From Candidatus Aenigmatarchaeota archaeon (GTDB taxonomy: Archaea; Aenigmatarchaeota; Aenigmatarchaeia; CG10238-14; SCSR01), in assembly GCA_038998335.1 (NCBI GenBank), contig JAVZHQ010000001.1, forward strand, positions 288,001 to 352,000: a stretch of DNA of 64,000 bases. The letters are read 5' to 3'. The position numbers and the translations under genes were made by a program. Of this stretch, positions 1 to 9,770 are shown piece by piece (the stretch's first letter is position 1; every line of letters begins with the position of its first letter). The notes beneath the pieces were generated by a model. It was not told the DNA's origin and searched no databases. It saw only the letters and a program-made list of their open reading frames with translations.

Positions 1-198
1 ACATAAATAACCCCCATAAATTCTTTCAGGCCTTTTTTCTGTTGTAGCTAGTTTCTTAATTTCAGAAGGTAAAAGTTTTTTTATTCCATGTAAAGGTTTT
101 TTACATATAGCGCACTTTGCTATTTTTGGCTTTTTCTTTTTTAAATGAATAACAAGCCTTTTTGTCGTTCTTACCTTTACTTCTTTGATACTACTCAC
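1..198 (-). CDS. rpl34e: 50S ribosomal protein eL34 (partial, runs off window; not in ORF track)
   Basis: Manual translation from GTG at 198: MSSIKEVKVRTTKRLVIHLKKKKPKIAKCAICKKPLHGI...KRPERIYGGYLC; typical eL34 motifs and position after secY/DUF106. Confidence 0.9.
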   Translation of the reverse strand, partial: MSSIKEVKVRTTKRLVIHLKKKKPKIAKCAICKKPLHGIKKLLPSEIKKLATTEKRPERIYGGYLC

Positions 199-634
199 CT
201 TCCAAAAGTCTTTTTATTGCCCAACCCACTGAAAAAGAAACCAGTATATACCAAATGCTCCAGTTAAGTTTTGAACCTATAAAAGGAATTTCAAAGGGAA
301 TAGAAACTGACATGCCACTAAAAGCGTTGCTTATGAAAGGTAAAACTGCAATTATTACTACCATAGAAACTACTAAAATTTTCAAGTTTTGACGCATGTA
401 TTCTGAGTTAATTTTTAAAAGTTCGTTTAAGTACTTGTTTATCTCTTCATTATTCCCAGAGGCTTGTGCTTTTGCTAGATTTTCCCTTATTTCTATCATT
501 CTTGTTTTTATTTCCTTTAAAACATCTTTTTTTACCAAAAGGCGGTTAAGGAAGAAAAGAAAGAGAGTTATGGCTGAAGAGATTATTAGCAAAAGGATAT
601 GAGGCCTAAAAAATATTTCAAGCATTTTATTCAC
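191..634 (-). CDS. DUF106 / EMC3-TMCO1 family membrane protein (Oxa1 superfamily)
   Basis: TM, coiled coil, then TM-TM ending W-x-x-WY; conserved position downstream of secY. Confidence 0.85.
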   Translation of the reverse strand: MNKMLEIFFRPHILLLIISSAITLFLFFLNRLLVKKDVLKEIKTRMIEIRENLAKAQASGNNEEINKYLNELLKINSEYMRQNLKILVVSMVVIIAVLPFISNAFSGMSVSIPFEIPFIGSKLNWSIWYILVSFSVGWAIKRLLEGE

Positions 635-2093
635 CTAAGATTTTTCTTATTATCGGATGCATCTCTTCACTTTTCTGCATACTTAATTCCTCATAATAGT
701 TATAGATGATCATAACAGTTAATAATATTCCGGTTCCTGTGCCTATTGCTCCTAGGAAATCTGCAAAGGCAGCTAAAAGACCAACTGTTATTCCACCTAG
801 TACAGCTAAGTAGGGGATATAACGCCTTAAGACATTTTCCATAATCTTTTTATCACTTCTGTAGCCTGGGATGTGTAAGCCTATAGCATCTATTTGTTCA
901 GCAACACTTGCAGGGTCCATTCCTGAAGTGTTTATCCAAAAATAAGAGAAAATTGCGCAGCCTATAACCATGAACGAAAGATAAGTTATTGCTCTTAGTA
1001 TTTCTAAAGGATTAAAAGGCGTAGACGAAAGGTTTGGAAAAGCTAAGCTTAACAACTCAAGGAAAAAGTTTCTAGGCGAAGAAAGGAAATAAACCACTCC
1101 ACTAATAGGGTTTCCTGGAGTAACGCTACCATCGCTTTGAACTACTTTTTCAAAACAGCCTAAAAAGCTACAAAAAGCGTTTTCTGTTTCTTGCAAGCCC
1201 ATTCTACTGAAAAGTTGAATGTTAGCGAGTAAAGCAGCAACTAAAATTACAGGTATGTTGCTCGTGTATAAAAGCTTTAAGCTCCAGGTTCTTCCAAAAC
1301 CTCTTAGCGCTGCGAAGGACAAAGGAATAGGAATATGGATTCCCTGGATGTAAACTACTAAAAGGAAGATTATAACTGTTGAAATTATAGGAATAGCATA
1401 GGATAAGGCCAGCCAGTTGTTTCCTGATAGGATGTTAGACAAAAAGCCCCAGAACCTGCCTACAAACTCACCTGTCGGTGTTGTGGTTCTACAAAGCCAA
1501 ATCATGCTTGAAGGACCACAAGGACTTAAAACGTTTATTATAATTTGAGTAGCGACTCCTGCAGCTATAAAAAGGCTTACTCCTGAGCCAAAACCCCATT
1601 TGCTTACTAGCTCGTCTAAAAGAATAACTATTATTCCGCCTGCTGCAAGCTGAAGAATTACAAATATATAAATGGCTGTTCCTCCAATTATTGGAATGTT
1701 TCCTGCTATTACAAAAGCAATAGCTTCTAAAAAGCAGAATAATACTGCTAAAAACTTACTCCATGCTTGGAACTTTTCTCTTCCTTCTGGTTTTGTCATG
1801 TCCCAATTTATAATTTTTGAACCAACAAGAAGTTGTAAAATTATTCCTGATGTTACTATAGGACCTATTCCTAAAGTTAGTAAACTACCAAACTTTGCTC
1901 CTAAAAGGGTTTGAATTTGAACTAGAGCTTCAAACTGAGGGGTAGAAGCTATTCCATAAACTGCTATGTGGGAAAGAGTTAAATAGAGAATTAAAGCTAT
2001 AAGGGTCCACATTATCCTTTTGTTAAAGCTTTGTTTGTAAGTTGGTTTTTGAACTGAGGGCAAAAATCTTGTTATTTTCTCTATTTCTACCAT
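627..2093 (-). CDS. secY: Preprotein translocase subunit SecY
   Basis: LGIGPIVTSGIILQLL, GFGSGVSLFIAAGV, KLLYTSNIPVIL, GTGTGILLTV motifs. Confidence 0.98.
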   Translation of the reverse strand: MVEIEKITRFLPSVQKPTYKQSFNKRIMWTLIALILYLTLSHIAVYGIASTPQFEALVQIQTLLGAKFGSLLTLGIGPIVTSGIILQLLVGSKIINWDMTKPEGREKFQAWSKFLAVLFCFLEAIAFVIAGNIPIIGGTAIYIFVILQLAAGGIIVILLDELVSKWGFGSGVSLFIAAGVATQIIINVLSPCGPSSMIWLCRTTTPTGEFVGRFWGFLSNILSGNNWLALSYAIPIISTVIIFLLVVYIQGIHIPIPLSFAALRGFGRTWSLKLLYTSNIPVILVAALLANIQLFSRMGLQETENAFCSFLGCFEKVVQSDGSVTPGNPISGVVYFLSSPRNFFLELLSLAFPNLSSTPFNPLEILRAITYLSFMVIGCAIFSYFWINTSGMDPASVAEQIDAIGLHIPGYRSDKKIMENVLRRYIPYLAVLGGITVGLLAAFADFLGAIGTGTGILLTVMIIYNYYEELSMQKSEEMHPIIRKILGE

Positions 2094-2144
2094 TATCTTT
2101 AAAATTGAATTTAGAATTTAAATAATTTAGAAAACAAATTTCTA

Positions 2145-2585
2145 TTATTGAATAACTACAGCTTTTCCCCCAGCCTCTTCTATTTTCCTCATAGCCTTTT
2201 TAGAAAAAGTTTTAGCCTCGATTATTAAAGGCTTTGTTATTTTTCCTCTACCCAAAACTTTTTCATAACCAAACTTCAAAACATTTATTTTTATTTTTTC
2301 TCCTTCTTTTTCTGCAAGCTTCTGCTCCAAAAGATTTTCTACCATTTTGTCCAACTCTTCAAGGTTTATTGCTTTAATCTCTTTGGTTTCAAAAGGTCTT
2401 TTAAAACCCCTTTTTCCAAAATGTTCTTTCGCGTACTTCACAGTATAAGTCCACTTATGTTTATGCATCCCAGCGAATCCTCTTCCTCCTCTACTTCCTT
2501 TCCCTCTATGTTTTTTATGGCTTCCGTAACCATAAGTGCGATGACCTCTATATTTTCTAACCTTTCTCTCTTTTCTTACAACCAT
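2145..2585 (-). CDS. rpl15: 50S ribosomal protein uL15
   Basis: RGHRTYGYGSHKKHRGKGSRGGRG, KVLGRG, KIEEAGG. Confidence 0.97.
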   Translation of the reverse strand: MVVRKERKVRKYRGHRTYGYGSHKKHRGKGSRGGRGFAGMHKHKWTYTVKYAKEHFGKRGFKRPFETKEIKAINLEELDKMVENLLEQKLAEKEGEKIKINVLKFGYEKVLGRGKITKPLIIEAKTFSKKAMRKIEEAGGKAVVIQ

Positions 2586-3037
2586 TAAATCATCCTCTTT
2601 AGTAATTCGTTTATTTCTTTTCCTCTGTACCCTAAATCTCCTTTTGGAAAATGCTCTTTCACAGATTTAAACCCTTTTGAGGGTGGAGTTAACCTAAAAA
2701 CAGGCTTTAGCTTTTCAAAATCTTTTAGTTTAATTTTCCCTTCAAGCAAGGCAGAAGCAAAATCTTCAAAATTATCAAAGTTTGTTATTTCTTTTAAAAC
2801 TTTCTCGTCGACTCTTTTATCGCCTAAAGTTCTTAATCTTTTTTTTAAAAGTTCTACCAGAGTCTCTCTATCTATTTCCCCCCAGGTGACAAAATCCTTG
2901 ACTTTTTGTATCATACCTTTAAAACTATCATTTTCAGGCAAGATCACACAATTATTTACTCGCTTAAGCCTGAGCATCTGTAAAGTGTCTTCTATTTCTT
3001 TTCTTGCTTTACCCCTTATTCTCACAACTGCCAACAT
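2585..3037 (-). CDS. rpl30: 50S ribosomal protein uL30
   Basis: AVVRIRG, DTLQMLRL, FRLTPPSKG, LGYRGKEINELLKRM. Confidence 0.97.
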   Translation of the reverse strand: MLAVVRIRGKARKEIEDTLQMLRLKRVNNCVILPENDSFKGMIQKVKDFVTWGEIDRETLVELLKKRLRTLGDKRVDEKVLKEITNFDNFEDFASALLEGKIKLKDFEKLKPVFRLTPPSKGFKSVKEHFPKGDLGYRGKEINELLKRMI

Positions 3038-3739
3038 TTAATCGCCTCTTTCGTAAACATAGAGTTTTTTCAAAGCATCAAAAATAGCACCTATCAAGTT
3101 CATTCGAGTTGAAGTATTGCCAAAAGTATTTACCCAAACATCTTTTATTCCTGCTAATCTTAAAATCTTTTTTGCTTCATCGCTTGCAACCAAACCAACG
3201 CCTTTAGGCGCAGGTAACAAAACTGCTCTAACTGAGCCGCATTTTCCTTCGATTTTGAAAGGAATTGAATGTAGCTCTTCACAACTACACTCAAAGCTAC
3301 CACAACCTCTTTTAATTTTTATCAAGTTTAGCTTTGCTTTTTGTATAGCTTTAGCAATAGCATCTCTTGCTTCTGGGGCAGCTCCTTTTCCTACACCAAC
3401 GATTCCATCCTCATTACCTACAACAACGAAAGCAGTCATCTTAAACCTTCTTCCTGACTTATGCATAGTCGCGGTAATCTTTACAGGAATTCTCTGTATT
3501 CCTCCACCTTTTCCTGTTCTTCCTCCTATAAGTATAAGTTCACTCTTTAAGTTTGGTAAAAGCTTATCAACAATTTCTGGTTCGGTAATTCTTCTTCCTG
3601 ACTTAAAAATTTCCTCTATATCAGTAATCTTTCCTTCGAAAACCTCTTTTCCTAAAGAAGTCTTCGGCTGCCATTTCTCTAAAGGTGAAACTACTTCAAC
3701 CTTTGATAATTCTTCCTCTATTTTTTCCTCTTCTACCAT
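3038..3739 (-). CDS. rps5: 30S ribosomal protein uS5
   Basis: WQPKTSLG, VVVGNEDGIVGVG, RGCGSFEC, LLPAPKGVGL. Confidence 0.97.
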   Translation of the reverse strand: MVEEEKIEEELSKVEVVSPLEKWQPKTSLGKEVFEGKITDIEEIFKSGRRITEPEIVDKLLPNLKSELILIGGRTGKGGGIQRIPVKITATMHKSGRRFKMTAFVVVGNEDGIVGVGKGAAPEARDAIAKAIQKAKLNLIKIKRGCGSFECSCEELHSIPFKIEGKCGSVRAVLLPAPKGVGLVASDEAKKILRLAGIKDVWVNTFGNTSTRMNLIGAIFDALKKLYVYERGD

Positions 3740-3740
3740 A

Positions 3741-4262
3741 CTACTCTCCTAAAATTTTTTTCCTAACTTTTTCAAAATTTTCAGGCATATCCTTAAACTT
3801 ATCTAAGTAAGAAGCTATATGCATACCTTTAATCCTTTCTTCAGTAGGTAAAACTCTTTCATTAACTTTCACTTTTAGTCCAACATCTAAAGCTCCCTTC
3901 ACACAGGCATAAATTCTTGAGCCTTTTGTCGAGGGGCTTAAACCGATGTCTAAAACTGCTTCTTTTATGCCCTTTTCTAAGGCTCTTTTTCCTAGTAACA
4001 AACCTGTTAAATAAGAAGCTGGTAAGTTATCATAAGCATAATTCCATCCAAATTTTTTAAGCTCTTTAGAAAATGCAGAAGCAATTGTTTTATCCCCTTT
4101 TTTATCGAATTCGATTAGTTGTGCTCTTATATACTTTAAACTTTTTCTTATTACTAAGCGTGGCTTTCCTGAGAGCAAAAGCTTAAGCCTTCTTTTATAA
4201 TCTGTCTTTCCTTCTTTTCTTCTTCTAAAAGGCATTTTATAAGTAGGTTTAAGCTTTTTCAT
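3741..4262 (-). CDS. rpl18: 50S ribosomal protein uL18
   Basis: FRRRKEGKTDYKRRLKLL, NLPASYLTGLL. Confidence 0.97.
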   Translation of the reverse strand: MKKLKPTYKMPFRRRKEGKTDYKRRLKLLLSGKPRLVIRKSLKYIRAQLIEFDKKGDKTIASAFSKELKKFGWNYAYDNLPASYLTGLLLGKRALEKGIKEAVLDIGLSPSTKGSRIYACVKGALDVGLKVKVNERVLPTEERIKGMHIASYLDKFKDMPENFEKVRKKILGE

Positions 4263-4686
4263 TTTCTCCCTCTTTTTTCTTTAGTAAACCATGCTGTTCC
4301 ATGTAAATTCTTAAGTGCGCTTTACTTCTAAACATTCCTCCTTTTACAAGCTTGTAAAGGGTTTTGAAAGTAGTGTTATCTATTTCTCTCTTCATTTTCA
4401 TTTCTTTCAACATTTTTCTCAAAGCCCTTACTGTGCCTATCCATCTTTCTTTTCTTGAAACTACTGCATATCTTGAGCCTTTTCTTACTTTTCCTCTTTT
4501 TTTCTTTTCCTTAGGCTTTTTTATTTTTTCAGGCAAAACTTTTATTGCTCCTTTCTTTATAAGCTTTCTTATATCAGCTTTTGTTATCGCTTCATCTATT
4601 TCCTTTTTTCTTGCAGGGTCGAGCCATATTCTACTTTCACCAATTCCCAATATCTTTGCTGCAAGCTTTTTTTGCAAGCTACTCAT
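4249..4686 (-). CDS. rpl19e: 50S ribosomal protein eL19
   Basis: QKKLAAKILGIGESRIWLDP, LYKLVKGGMFRS. Confidence 0.96.
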   Translation of the reverse strand: MSSLQKKLAAKILGIGESRIWLDPARKKEIDEAITKADIRKLIKKGAIKVLPEKIKKPKEKKKRGKVRKGSRYAVVSRKERWIGTVRALRKMLKEMKMKREIDNTTFKTLYKLVKGGMFRSKAHLRIYMEQHGLLKKKEGENEKA

Positions 4687-5027
4687 GGATTAAGCACCTT
4701 TATTTTTAATTCTTCTGCTTTTTTCAAAATTTCTTGTCTTTTCTTTTTTCCTACAGTATGCGCAATTTTAACAGCTTCTTTTTCAGGATTAATCTTTTCA
4801 AGTTCCTTAGCATTATGAATCAAAACCTCTTTGTAGCCAGAAGGGTGCAAAAACCTTAAGTTCTTAGGTGCTCCAAAGCCAGGAGATGGCATCTTTCCTT
4901 TTGATTTTTCTTTTCTTCTTAGCTTGCTATGCATTCCCCTTGGCCTTCTCCATTTTTCTCCTAGCCTTTTGTAAGCTTTTGCTCCCTGTCTCAAAAACTT
5001 TGGCTTTTTTCTTGGGTTAACCATCAT
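4683..5027 (-). CDS. rpl32e: 50S ribosomal protein eL32
   Basis: KPKFLRQ, WRRPRGMHSK, LHPSG; start moved to the ATG overlapping the uL6 stop. Confidence 0.95.
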   Translation of the reverse strand: MMVNPRKKPKFLRQGAKAYKRLGEKWRRPRGMHSKLRRKEKSKGKMPSPGFGAPKNLRFLHPSGYKEVLIHNAKELEKINPEKEAVKIAHTVGKKKRQEILKKAEELKIKVLNP

Positions 5028-5557
5028 TCTCGCCCCACAATCCATATTCCATCTTGAAAAATTCTTCTATCACGAGCTTTAATCCTACAAGCTTGCTCTA
5101 TGTTTGCTGCTGTTTGTGAAACGTCTTCCAAATCTATTCCAGAAACGTAAATCTCTGGGGGAACTACTTCAACCTTAACGTTACCTTTAATCTTAGCAAC
5201 TCTTGGTACTCTTTCTCCTAAGAAATTTTGAATCAAAACTTTATCTCCCTCAACTTTTACTGTGACTGGGAAATGGGAATAAACAATCTTAAGCTTATAC
5301 TTAAACCCTTTTTGTACACCTTCAACCATATTCCTTAAATGCGCAATTAAAGTTCCTACCATAGCTTTTAATTTTCTTTTTTCTTCTTCACAAGAAACCT
5401 TTATTGTGTTATCAATTTTCTCTACTTTTATTTCCTTAGGAATTTTGAATGTTTTTTCCAGATTACCCAAAGGCCCAGAAACTTTAAACTTATTTCCTTC
5501 TACTTCAACTTTAACTTCGTCTGGAATTTTAAACTCAAGAAAGTACATTTTCCTCAC
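5024..5557 (-). CDS. rpl6: 50S ribosomal protein uL6
   Basis: YSHFP, NFLGERVPR, RDRRIFQDGIWI. Confidence 0.97.
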   Translation of the reverse strand: MRKMYFLEFKIPDEVKVEVEGNKFKVSGPLGNLEKTFKIPKEIKVEKIDNTIKVSCEEEKRKLKAMVGTLIAHLRNMVEGVQKGFKYKLKIVYSHFPVTVKVEGDKVLIQNFLGERVPRVAKIKGNVKVEVVPPEIYVSGIDLEDVSQTAANIEQACRIKARDRRIFQDGIWIVGRE

Positions 5558-5944
5558 CTAGTAAAAATATGCCAGCAATTTTCCTCCTATACGCAACTCT
5601 CTAGCCTTTTTATGATCCATTATTCCTTTAGGTGTTGTTAACACCAAAAAACCAAATTCCCTTGCGGGCAAAAATCTTTTTTCCCATTTTTGTAACTCGT
5701 CAACTTTAACAGAATAGTTTGGTTTGATTACATTACAATCAATTATTTTTCCTTTAAGTTCAACTCTAAACTTTCCGGATTTCCCATCATCTATAAACTC
5801 AAAAGCTCCTATGTAGCCTTTTTCTTGCATAAGTTTTAAAACGTTTCTTACAACCTTAGAGGCAGGAGTAATACATTCCTTTTTTCCTATTTTTTCCGCG
5901 TTTTTTATCGCTGATAAAACATCAGCAAGCGTATCGTGACGCAT
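5558..5944 (-). CDS. rps8: 30S ribosomal protein uS8
   Basis: DTLADVLSAIKNAE, LVLTTPKGIM, GGKLLAY. Confidence 0.97.
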   Translation of the reverse strand: MRHDTLADVLSAIKNAEKIGKKECITPASKVVRNVLKLMQEKGYIGAFEFIDDGKSGKFRVELKGKIIDCNVIKPNYSVKVDELQKWEKRFLPAREFGFLVLTTPKGIMDHKKARELRIGGKLLAYFY

Positions 5945-6015
5945 GTTCTCACATAATAGTTAAAATGTTATTTTAGTTTAAAAGGTTTTTAAAGTTTGCC
6001 AAACAGAAAAAATTT

Positions 6016-6324
6016 ATGAGTTATGAAGTTGAACTTGAAAAGTGCACGATTAGCTTAGGGGGTTTATTGCTAGAAGACGGTACTTACCTTAGAAAAACTA
6101 GTGTTAAAACTTACTTTAGAAATTTCTATTTAGGTGATTTTCAAGTTGAGAAAATCATTAAAAATTTGAATTCATTTTTAAGTAAAGCGCAAAAAATGAT
6201 GGAAGAAAGAAAGCAAGCAAGAATCGAAGATTTACGCTTAGCTGCAAGCTTAGGAACGATAATCAATTATTACCCAACTTTAAAAGATGAGCTCAAGAAT
6301 CTTGCTAAGAGTTACTTCGGTTAA
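6016..6324 (+). CDS. Hypothetical protein
   Basis: ATG ORF with upstream TATA-like tract; no recognisable motif. Confidence 0.6.
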   Translation: MSYEVELEKCTISLGGLLLEDGTYLRKTSVKTYFRNFYLGDFQVEKIIKNLNSFLSKAQKMMEERKQARIEDLRLAASLGTIINYYPTLKDELKNLAKSYFG

Positions 6325-6652
6325 CTCTTCCATACTTGTCTTCTAATCTAACAATATCATCTTCAGAGAATTCTCCAATACAGACTTCAGTTATTATTGA
6401 AGGTTCGTCTATACCTATAATCCTATGCTCACATTCTTTTGGAATTACTTCGCAAGCATTACTCTTTAGAATAATTTCCTTACCTTTCTTAATAATTTTT
6501 ACAGGCTTTACAGCATGCCAAAATTCAAATCTTTTTCTATGGTATTGCAAGGAAGTGCATTCGTTAGGTAAAACTATAAGGGTTTTTATTACTACTCCAT
6601 CATCATCCAAAGAATGTAAATGGTCTACTCCCCATCTTTTAAGCTTAATCAT
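6305..6652 (-). CDS. Cupin, mannose-6-phosphate isomerase type II C-terminal-like
   Basis: SLQYHRKRFEFW, EHRI, EDDIVRLEDKYGR. Confidence 0.85.
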   Translation of the reverse strand: MIKLKRWGVDHLHSLDDDGVVIKTLIVLPNECTSLQYHRKRFEFWHAVKPVKIIKKGKEIILKSNACEVIPKECEHRIIGIDEPSIITEVCIGEFSEDDIVRLEDKYGRVNRSNS

Positions 6653-6680
6653 CCAATTAATAATTCTGGTTTAAAAATAT

Positions 6681-6932
6681 TTATTTTCTAACCAAAATGT
6701 ATGCTACAAAAAGAAAACCAAAAACTAAACAAACTAACACAAAATCTACTATGGTTATAGAAGAAGGAGTTTCTGAAACAAAAAAACCTGTTGAAGAGCC
6801 TAGAACTATAAAGAAAAGAGGGAGCAAAAATAGTAAGGAAAGGATTACAAAAAATTTGGTAAAGCTAATTTCCCCGCTTTCCTTCAATTCCATATTTAAA
6901 TATTGGGATGGAAGATAAAAATTCTTATTCAA
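6681..6932 (-). CDS. Small two-TM membrane protein
   Basis: Two hydrophobic segments; true start may be the internal ATG (MELKES). Confidence 0.55.
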   Translation of the reverse strand: MNKNFYLPSQYLNMELKESGEISFTKFFVILSLLFLLPLFFIVLGSSTGFFVSETPSSITIVDFVLVCLVFGFLFVAYILVRK

Positions 6933-6934
6933 GT

Positions 6935-7531
6935 TTATTTTTTAAGGTGTTTCGTATCGTTTATAACCTTAACCTTTACTTCCTTATTTTTTGTTACTTC
7001 TATTATGTTCAAGGACGCTTTATCTTGTTTTAATTTTTTAAATTCTTCTCTGGGCAATTTAGTTAAATAGAATAAAAGCTCAACTATTACCGAAGCATGA
7101 GTTACTACTAAAACAGTTTTGTTTTGATATTTTTTGACTACCTTGTTAAAGAATTTAATACTTCTATTTTGAACTTCTTGACAACTTTCTCCTTTCTCTG
7201 GCAAAAACTCATGAAATTCTTTACCACTTTCTTTTAAAGCGTTAAAGAATTCTTCTTTTGGTCTACCTTGAAAAATTCCAAAATTCCTCTCCTTAAGGAG
7301 TTCGTCAAATTTTATAGGTAGCTTATGGTATTTGTTGATTATTTCTGCTGTTTCTTTTGCTCTTTTTAACTTGCTAGAAAAAATTACATCTATTTTTTCT
7401 TTTTTAAGTCTCTTGGCAAGCTTTTCCGCTTGTTTTCTTCCGTTCTCGTTTAAACTTTCATCTATTGAACCGAGAAAAATTCCTTTTCTATTTCCTTCAG
7501 TTTCTGCATGTCTCACTAGCAAAATTCTCAT
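6935..7531 (-). CDS. Histidine phosphatase family protein
   Basis: LVRHAET, SSKLKRAKETA, ERNFGIFQG, VVTHA. Confidence 0.92.
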   Translation of the reverse strand: MRILLVRHAETEGNRKGIFLGSIDESLNENGRKQAEKLAKRLKKEKIDVIFSSKLKRAKETAEIINKYHKLPIKFDELLKERNFGIFQGRPKEEFFNALKESGKEFHEFLPEKGESCQEVQNRSIKFFNKVVKKYQNKTVLVVTHASVIVELLFYLTKLPREEFKKLKQDKASLNIIEVTKNKEVKVKVINDTKHLKK

Positions 7532-7567
7532 TTTCTTCTGTAATTATTTTAGAAAAAAATTTAAATA

Positions 7568-7642
7568 TGCGCCAGCCGGGATTTGAACCCGGGTTACGAG
7601 CTTGGAAGGCTCGTGTCTTAGACCAGGCTGGACCACTGGCGC
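7568..7642 (-). tRNA. tRNA-Gly(TCC), no intron, CCA not encoded
   Basis: Reverse complement GCGCCAGTGGTCCAGCCTGGTCTAAGACACGAGCCTTCCAAGCTCGTAACCCGGGTTCAAATCCCGGCTGGCGCA folds as a cloverleaf; anticodon loop CTTCCAA. Confidence 0.96.
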
Positions 7643-7680
7643 TTCGTTACTTTTATAAATTATTAATTCAAGGTTTAAAT

Positions 7681-7827
7681 ATGCCTACTGAAGAAATTAT
7701 AAAAAAATCAATAAAAAAATTGAAGAAAAAATTTCCTGAGCTAGGAGAAAGTTTAGAAAGAGAGCTTATTCCTTTGAAAGGAGAAGAAATTCAACCAAGA
7801 GTTATAAAGAAAAAGAAAAGAATTTAA
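7681..7827 (+). CDS. Small basic hypothetical protein (48 aa)
   Basis: ATG at 7681 after a TATA-like tract; the longer 7465 start would overlap the tRNA. Confidence 0.45.
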   Translation: MPTEEIIKKSIKKLKKKFPELGESLERELIPLKGEEIQPRVIKKKKRI

Positions 7828-8168
7828 CCAATGTAAGGAGTTGGAGGAACTGGTTGAGCAGGTTTAAGCTTTGGTCTTTTTCTAAAATATTCCTTGTAGT
7901 ATTCCCAAGTTTTTCTTGCTTTTTCTCCTCTCAAAATTTTTATTATAATCATCTTTGGTCTAAAAGGTTGTTGAGAAGTTGGGTTGTAATCTATTAAAAC
8001 AATATCTCCAATTTTAAGCTCGTTTGCAATTCTTGGGTCAACTTCATAAGTTATCACATTTTCGTCCCAGGTTTCGACTAAAGCCTGAACAGAAGAATCA
8101 GAGCTTGCTATTTCTTTATCCTTTGAAGAAAATATTTCTAAGATTTTCCCAACATGGTAATAAACCAT
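7824..8168 (-). CDS. Hypothetical protein, possible OB-like beta fold
   Basis: Co-oriented and tightly packed with upstream genes. Confidence 0.7.
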   Translation of the reverse strand: MVYYHVGKILEIFSSKDKEIASSDSSVQALVETWDENVITYEVDPRIANELKIGDIVLIDYNPTSQQPFRPKMIIIKILRGEKARKTWEYYKEYFRKRPKLKPAQPVPPTPYIG

Positions 8169-8169
8169 T

Positions 8170-8439
8170 TTAACCTCCTGCTATCAAATATCCAACAATT
8201 ATTTCATCTGTACTTATAGGTTCGTTTTCAATATTCTTAAGTATTCTTCCTTCCTTAGTTAGCAAGACAACTTCGTTTAAAAAATCAACTTTATCCTTAT
8301 TTTTTGCCAAAAATTTTTCTCTTAATGCTTGAATAGCATCCTTATAAAAAGCATTTTCTGGTAAGTATAGTATTTCTTCTTTTTTGGTTGAACCAAAAAG
8401 TTCGTTGGCTTTGCCTATGTATCTAACTCTTAGCTTCAT
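8170..8439 (-). CDS. MoaD/ThiS/SAMP ubiquitin-like protein
   Basis: Beta-grasp-sized, N-terminal MKLRVRY, C-terminal IAGG diglycine. Confidence 0.8.
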   Translation of the reverse strand: MKLRVRYIGKANELFGSTKKEEILYLPENAFYKDAIQALREKFLAKNKDKVDFLNEVVLLTKEGRILKNIENEPISTDEIIVGYLIAGG

Positions 8440-8933
8440 AGTTTATATCCTATCTTTCTTAGGAATTCTTTTCTTTCCTTTACATCTTCCTCTTTTTCGA
8501 TACCTCTTGGTTTTAAACCATCTATTGTGCCAATTACTCCTCTTCCTTGTTCTGTTTCTGCTATTATCACTTCTACAGGGTTTGCGGTTGCGCAAAAAAT
8601 GGAGCAAACCTCTGGAACTTCTTTTATTCTGTTCAGAACATTTATCGGGTAAGCATTCCTTATGAAAATTAGAAAAGTATGGCCGCAGCCAATTTCTAAA
8701 ATTTTTTCACTAGCAAGTTTTTCTAGTTCTTCATCGTTTCCTGAGTGCCTTACCAAGCATTTTCCTGAAGATTCGCAAAATGCTAAACCAAACTTTATGT
8801 TTGGAACAGAATTGACTAAAGCTTCGTACAAGTCTTCAACAGTCTTTATAAAATGAGATTGACCAAGAATTAAATTACAGTTTTCTGGTGCTTGAAGTTT
8901 AACTATTTTGAATTCCATAATATTCATTTTCAA
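8436..8933 (-). CDS. Adenosine-specific kinase family (DUF355)
   Basis: [33 protein letters not shown]. Confidence 0.92.
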   Translation of the reverse strand: MKMNIMEFKIVKLQAPENCNLILGQSHFIKTVEDLYEALVNSVPNIKFGLAFCESSGKCLVRHSGNDEELEKLASEKILEIGCGHTFLIFIRNAYPINVLNRIKEVPEVCSIFCATANPVEVIIAETEQGRGVIGTIDGLKPRGIEKEEDVKERKEFLRKIGYKL

Positions 8934-8941
8934 ATCAAGAT

Positions 8942-9718
8942 TTAAATTTTATTCTTCAGAAAAGAATAAAGGTGTGACTTAAACTTAAGTTTTTTATCTT
9001 CTTTCCTTGAAATTTTCCCTTGAGTCAAAAGCTCAAACATTCTTTGAGCGTTTTCTAGCATTGCATGATTATTGTTGAAAGCGACAAAAACTTTTTCTGG
9101 TTTTAAACTCAAAATTTTTTCCTTCACTTCTTCCAATTCTTTATCAGTATAGTAATGTGAGTACCAGGCAGTTCTTCCATGCATTCTTTGGTAAACTATA
9201 TTGTTGGAAGAATAAACTTCAAGAGGGAAGTCTGGCGAATCAACACTTACCCAAGTGATTTTAAGCTTTCTTGCCCATTCTATCCATTCTTCCTTAAACC
9301 AATCTAAATTTCTAACCTCCAAGGCAAACCTTTCTTTCAAGCTAGTCTTTCTTATGAATTCTTCAAGCTTGGAAGAAAACTTAGGAGTAAGGGTTGGTGG
9401 TAGTTGGAATAAATAGAATTCTATGTTTTTTTCTAAAGGTTTAAACAACTCTTCAAACCTTTTCCAGAGCTCAAAAGCTTTTTCGTTGAACTTAAAAGTA
9501 TGCGTAACAGCTTTGTTAACCTTTATAGCCCATCTTAGTTCAGGTTTTATCTCTAAAGTTTTCTTGGTCCAGGACTTTACTTGATTAGGAAAGGGGAAGC
9601 GATAAAAGCTTGCGTTCAATTCGATTGCGTTTAAGTTAGAGTTTTTAATATACCAATCAAAGCTAAGATCAGGGTTCCAATCGTAAAACCAGCCTGATGT
9701 TCCAACAAGGACCTCCAT
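8942..9718 (-). CDS. DUF72 family protein
   Basis: [30 protein letters not shown]. Confidence 0.92.
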   Translation of the reverse strand: MEVLVGTSGWFYDWNPDLSFDWYIKNSNLNAIELNASFYRFPFPNQVKSWTKKTLEIKPELRWAIKVNKAVTHTFKFNEKAFELWKRFEELFKPLEKNIEFYLFQLPPTLTPKFSSKLEEFIRKTSLKERFALEVRNLDWFKEEWIEWARKLKITWVSVDSPDFPLEVYSSNNIVYQRMHGRTAWYSHYYTDKELEEVKEKILSLKPEKVFVAFNNNHAMLENAQRMFELLTQGKISRKEDKKLKFKSHLYSFLKNKI

Positions 9719-9770
9719 ACTATTCTTTTTTGTTTTTAAGTTTTTAATTTCTGGTTCCCTATATTATTTT

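Noticed and set aside
3117-3752. Long antisense ORFs (e.g. 3117-3752, 36854-37276, 55104-55577, 61951-62391)
   Set aside because: Shadows of well-supported genes on the opposite strand, with Ser/Phe-rich composition
7568-7642. tRNA-Gly as integration site
   Set aside because: No duplicate of its 3' end was noticed in the window (visual scan only)
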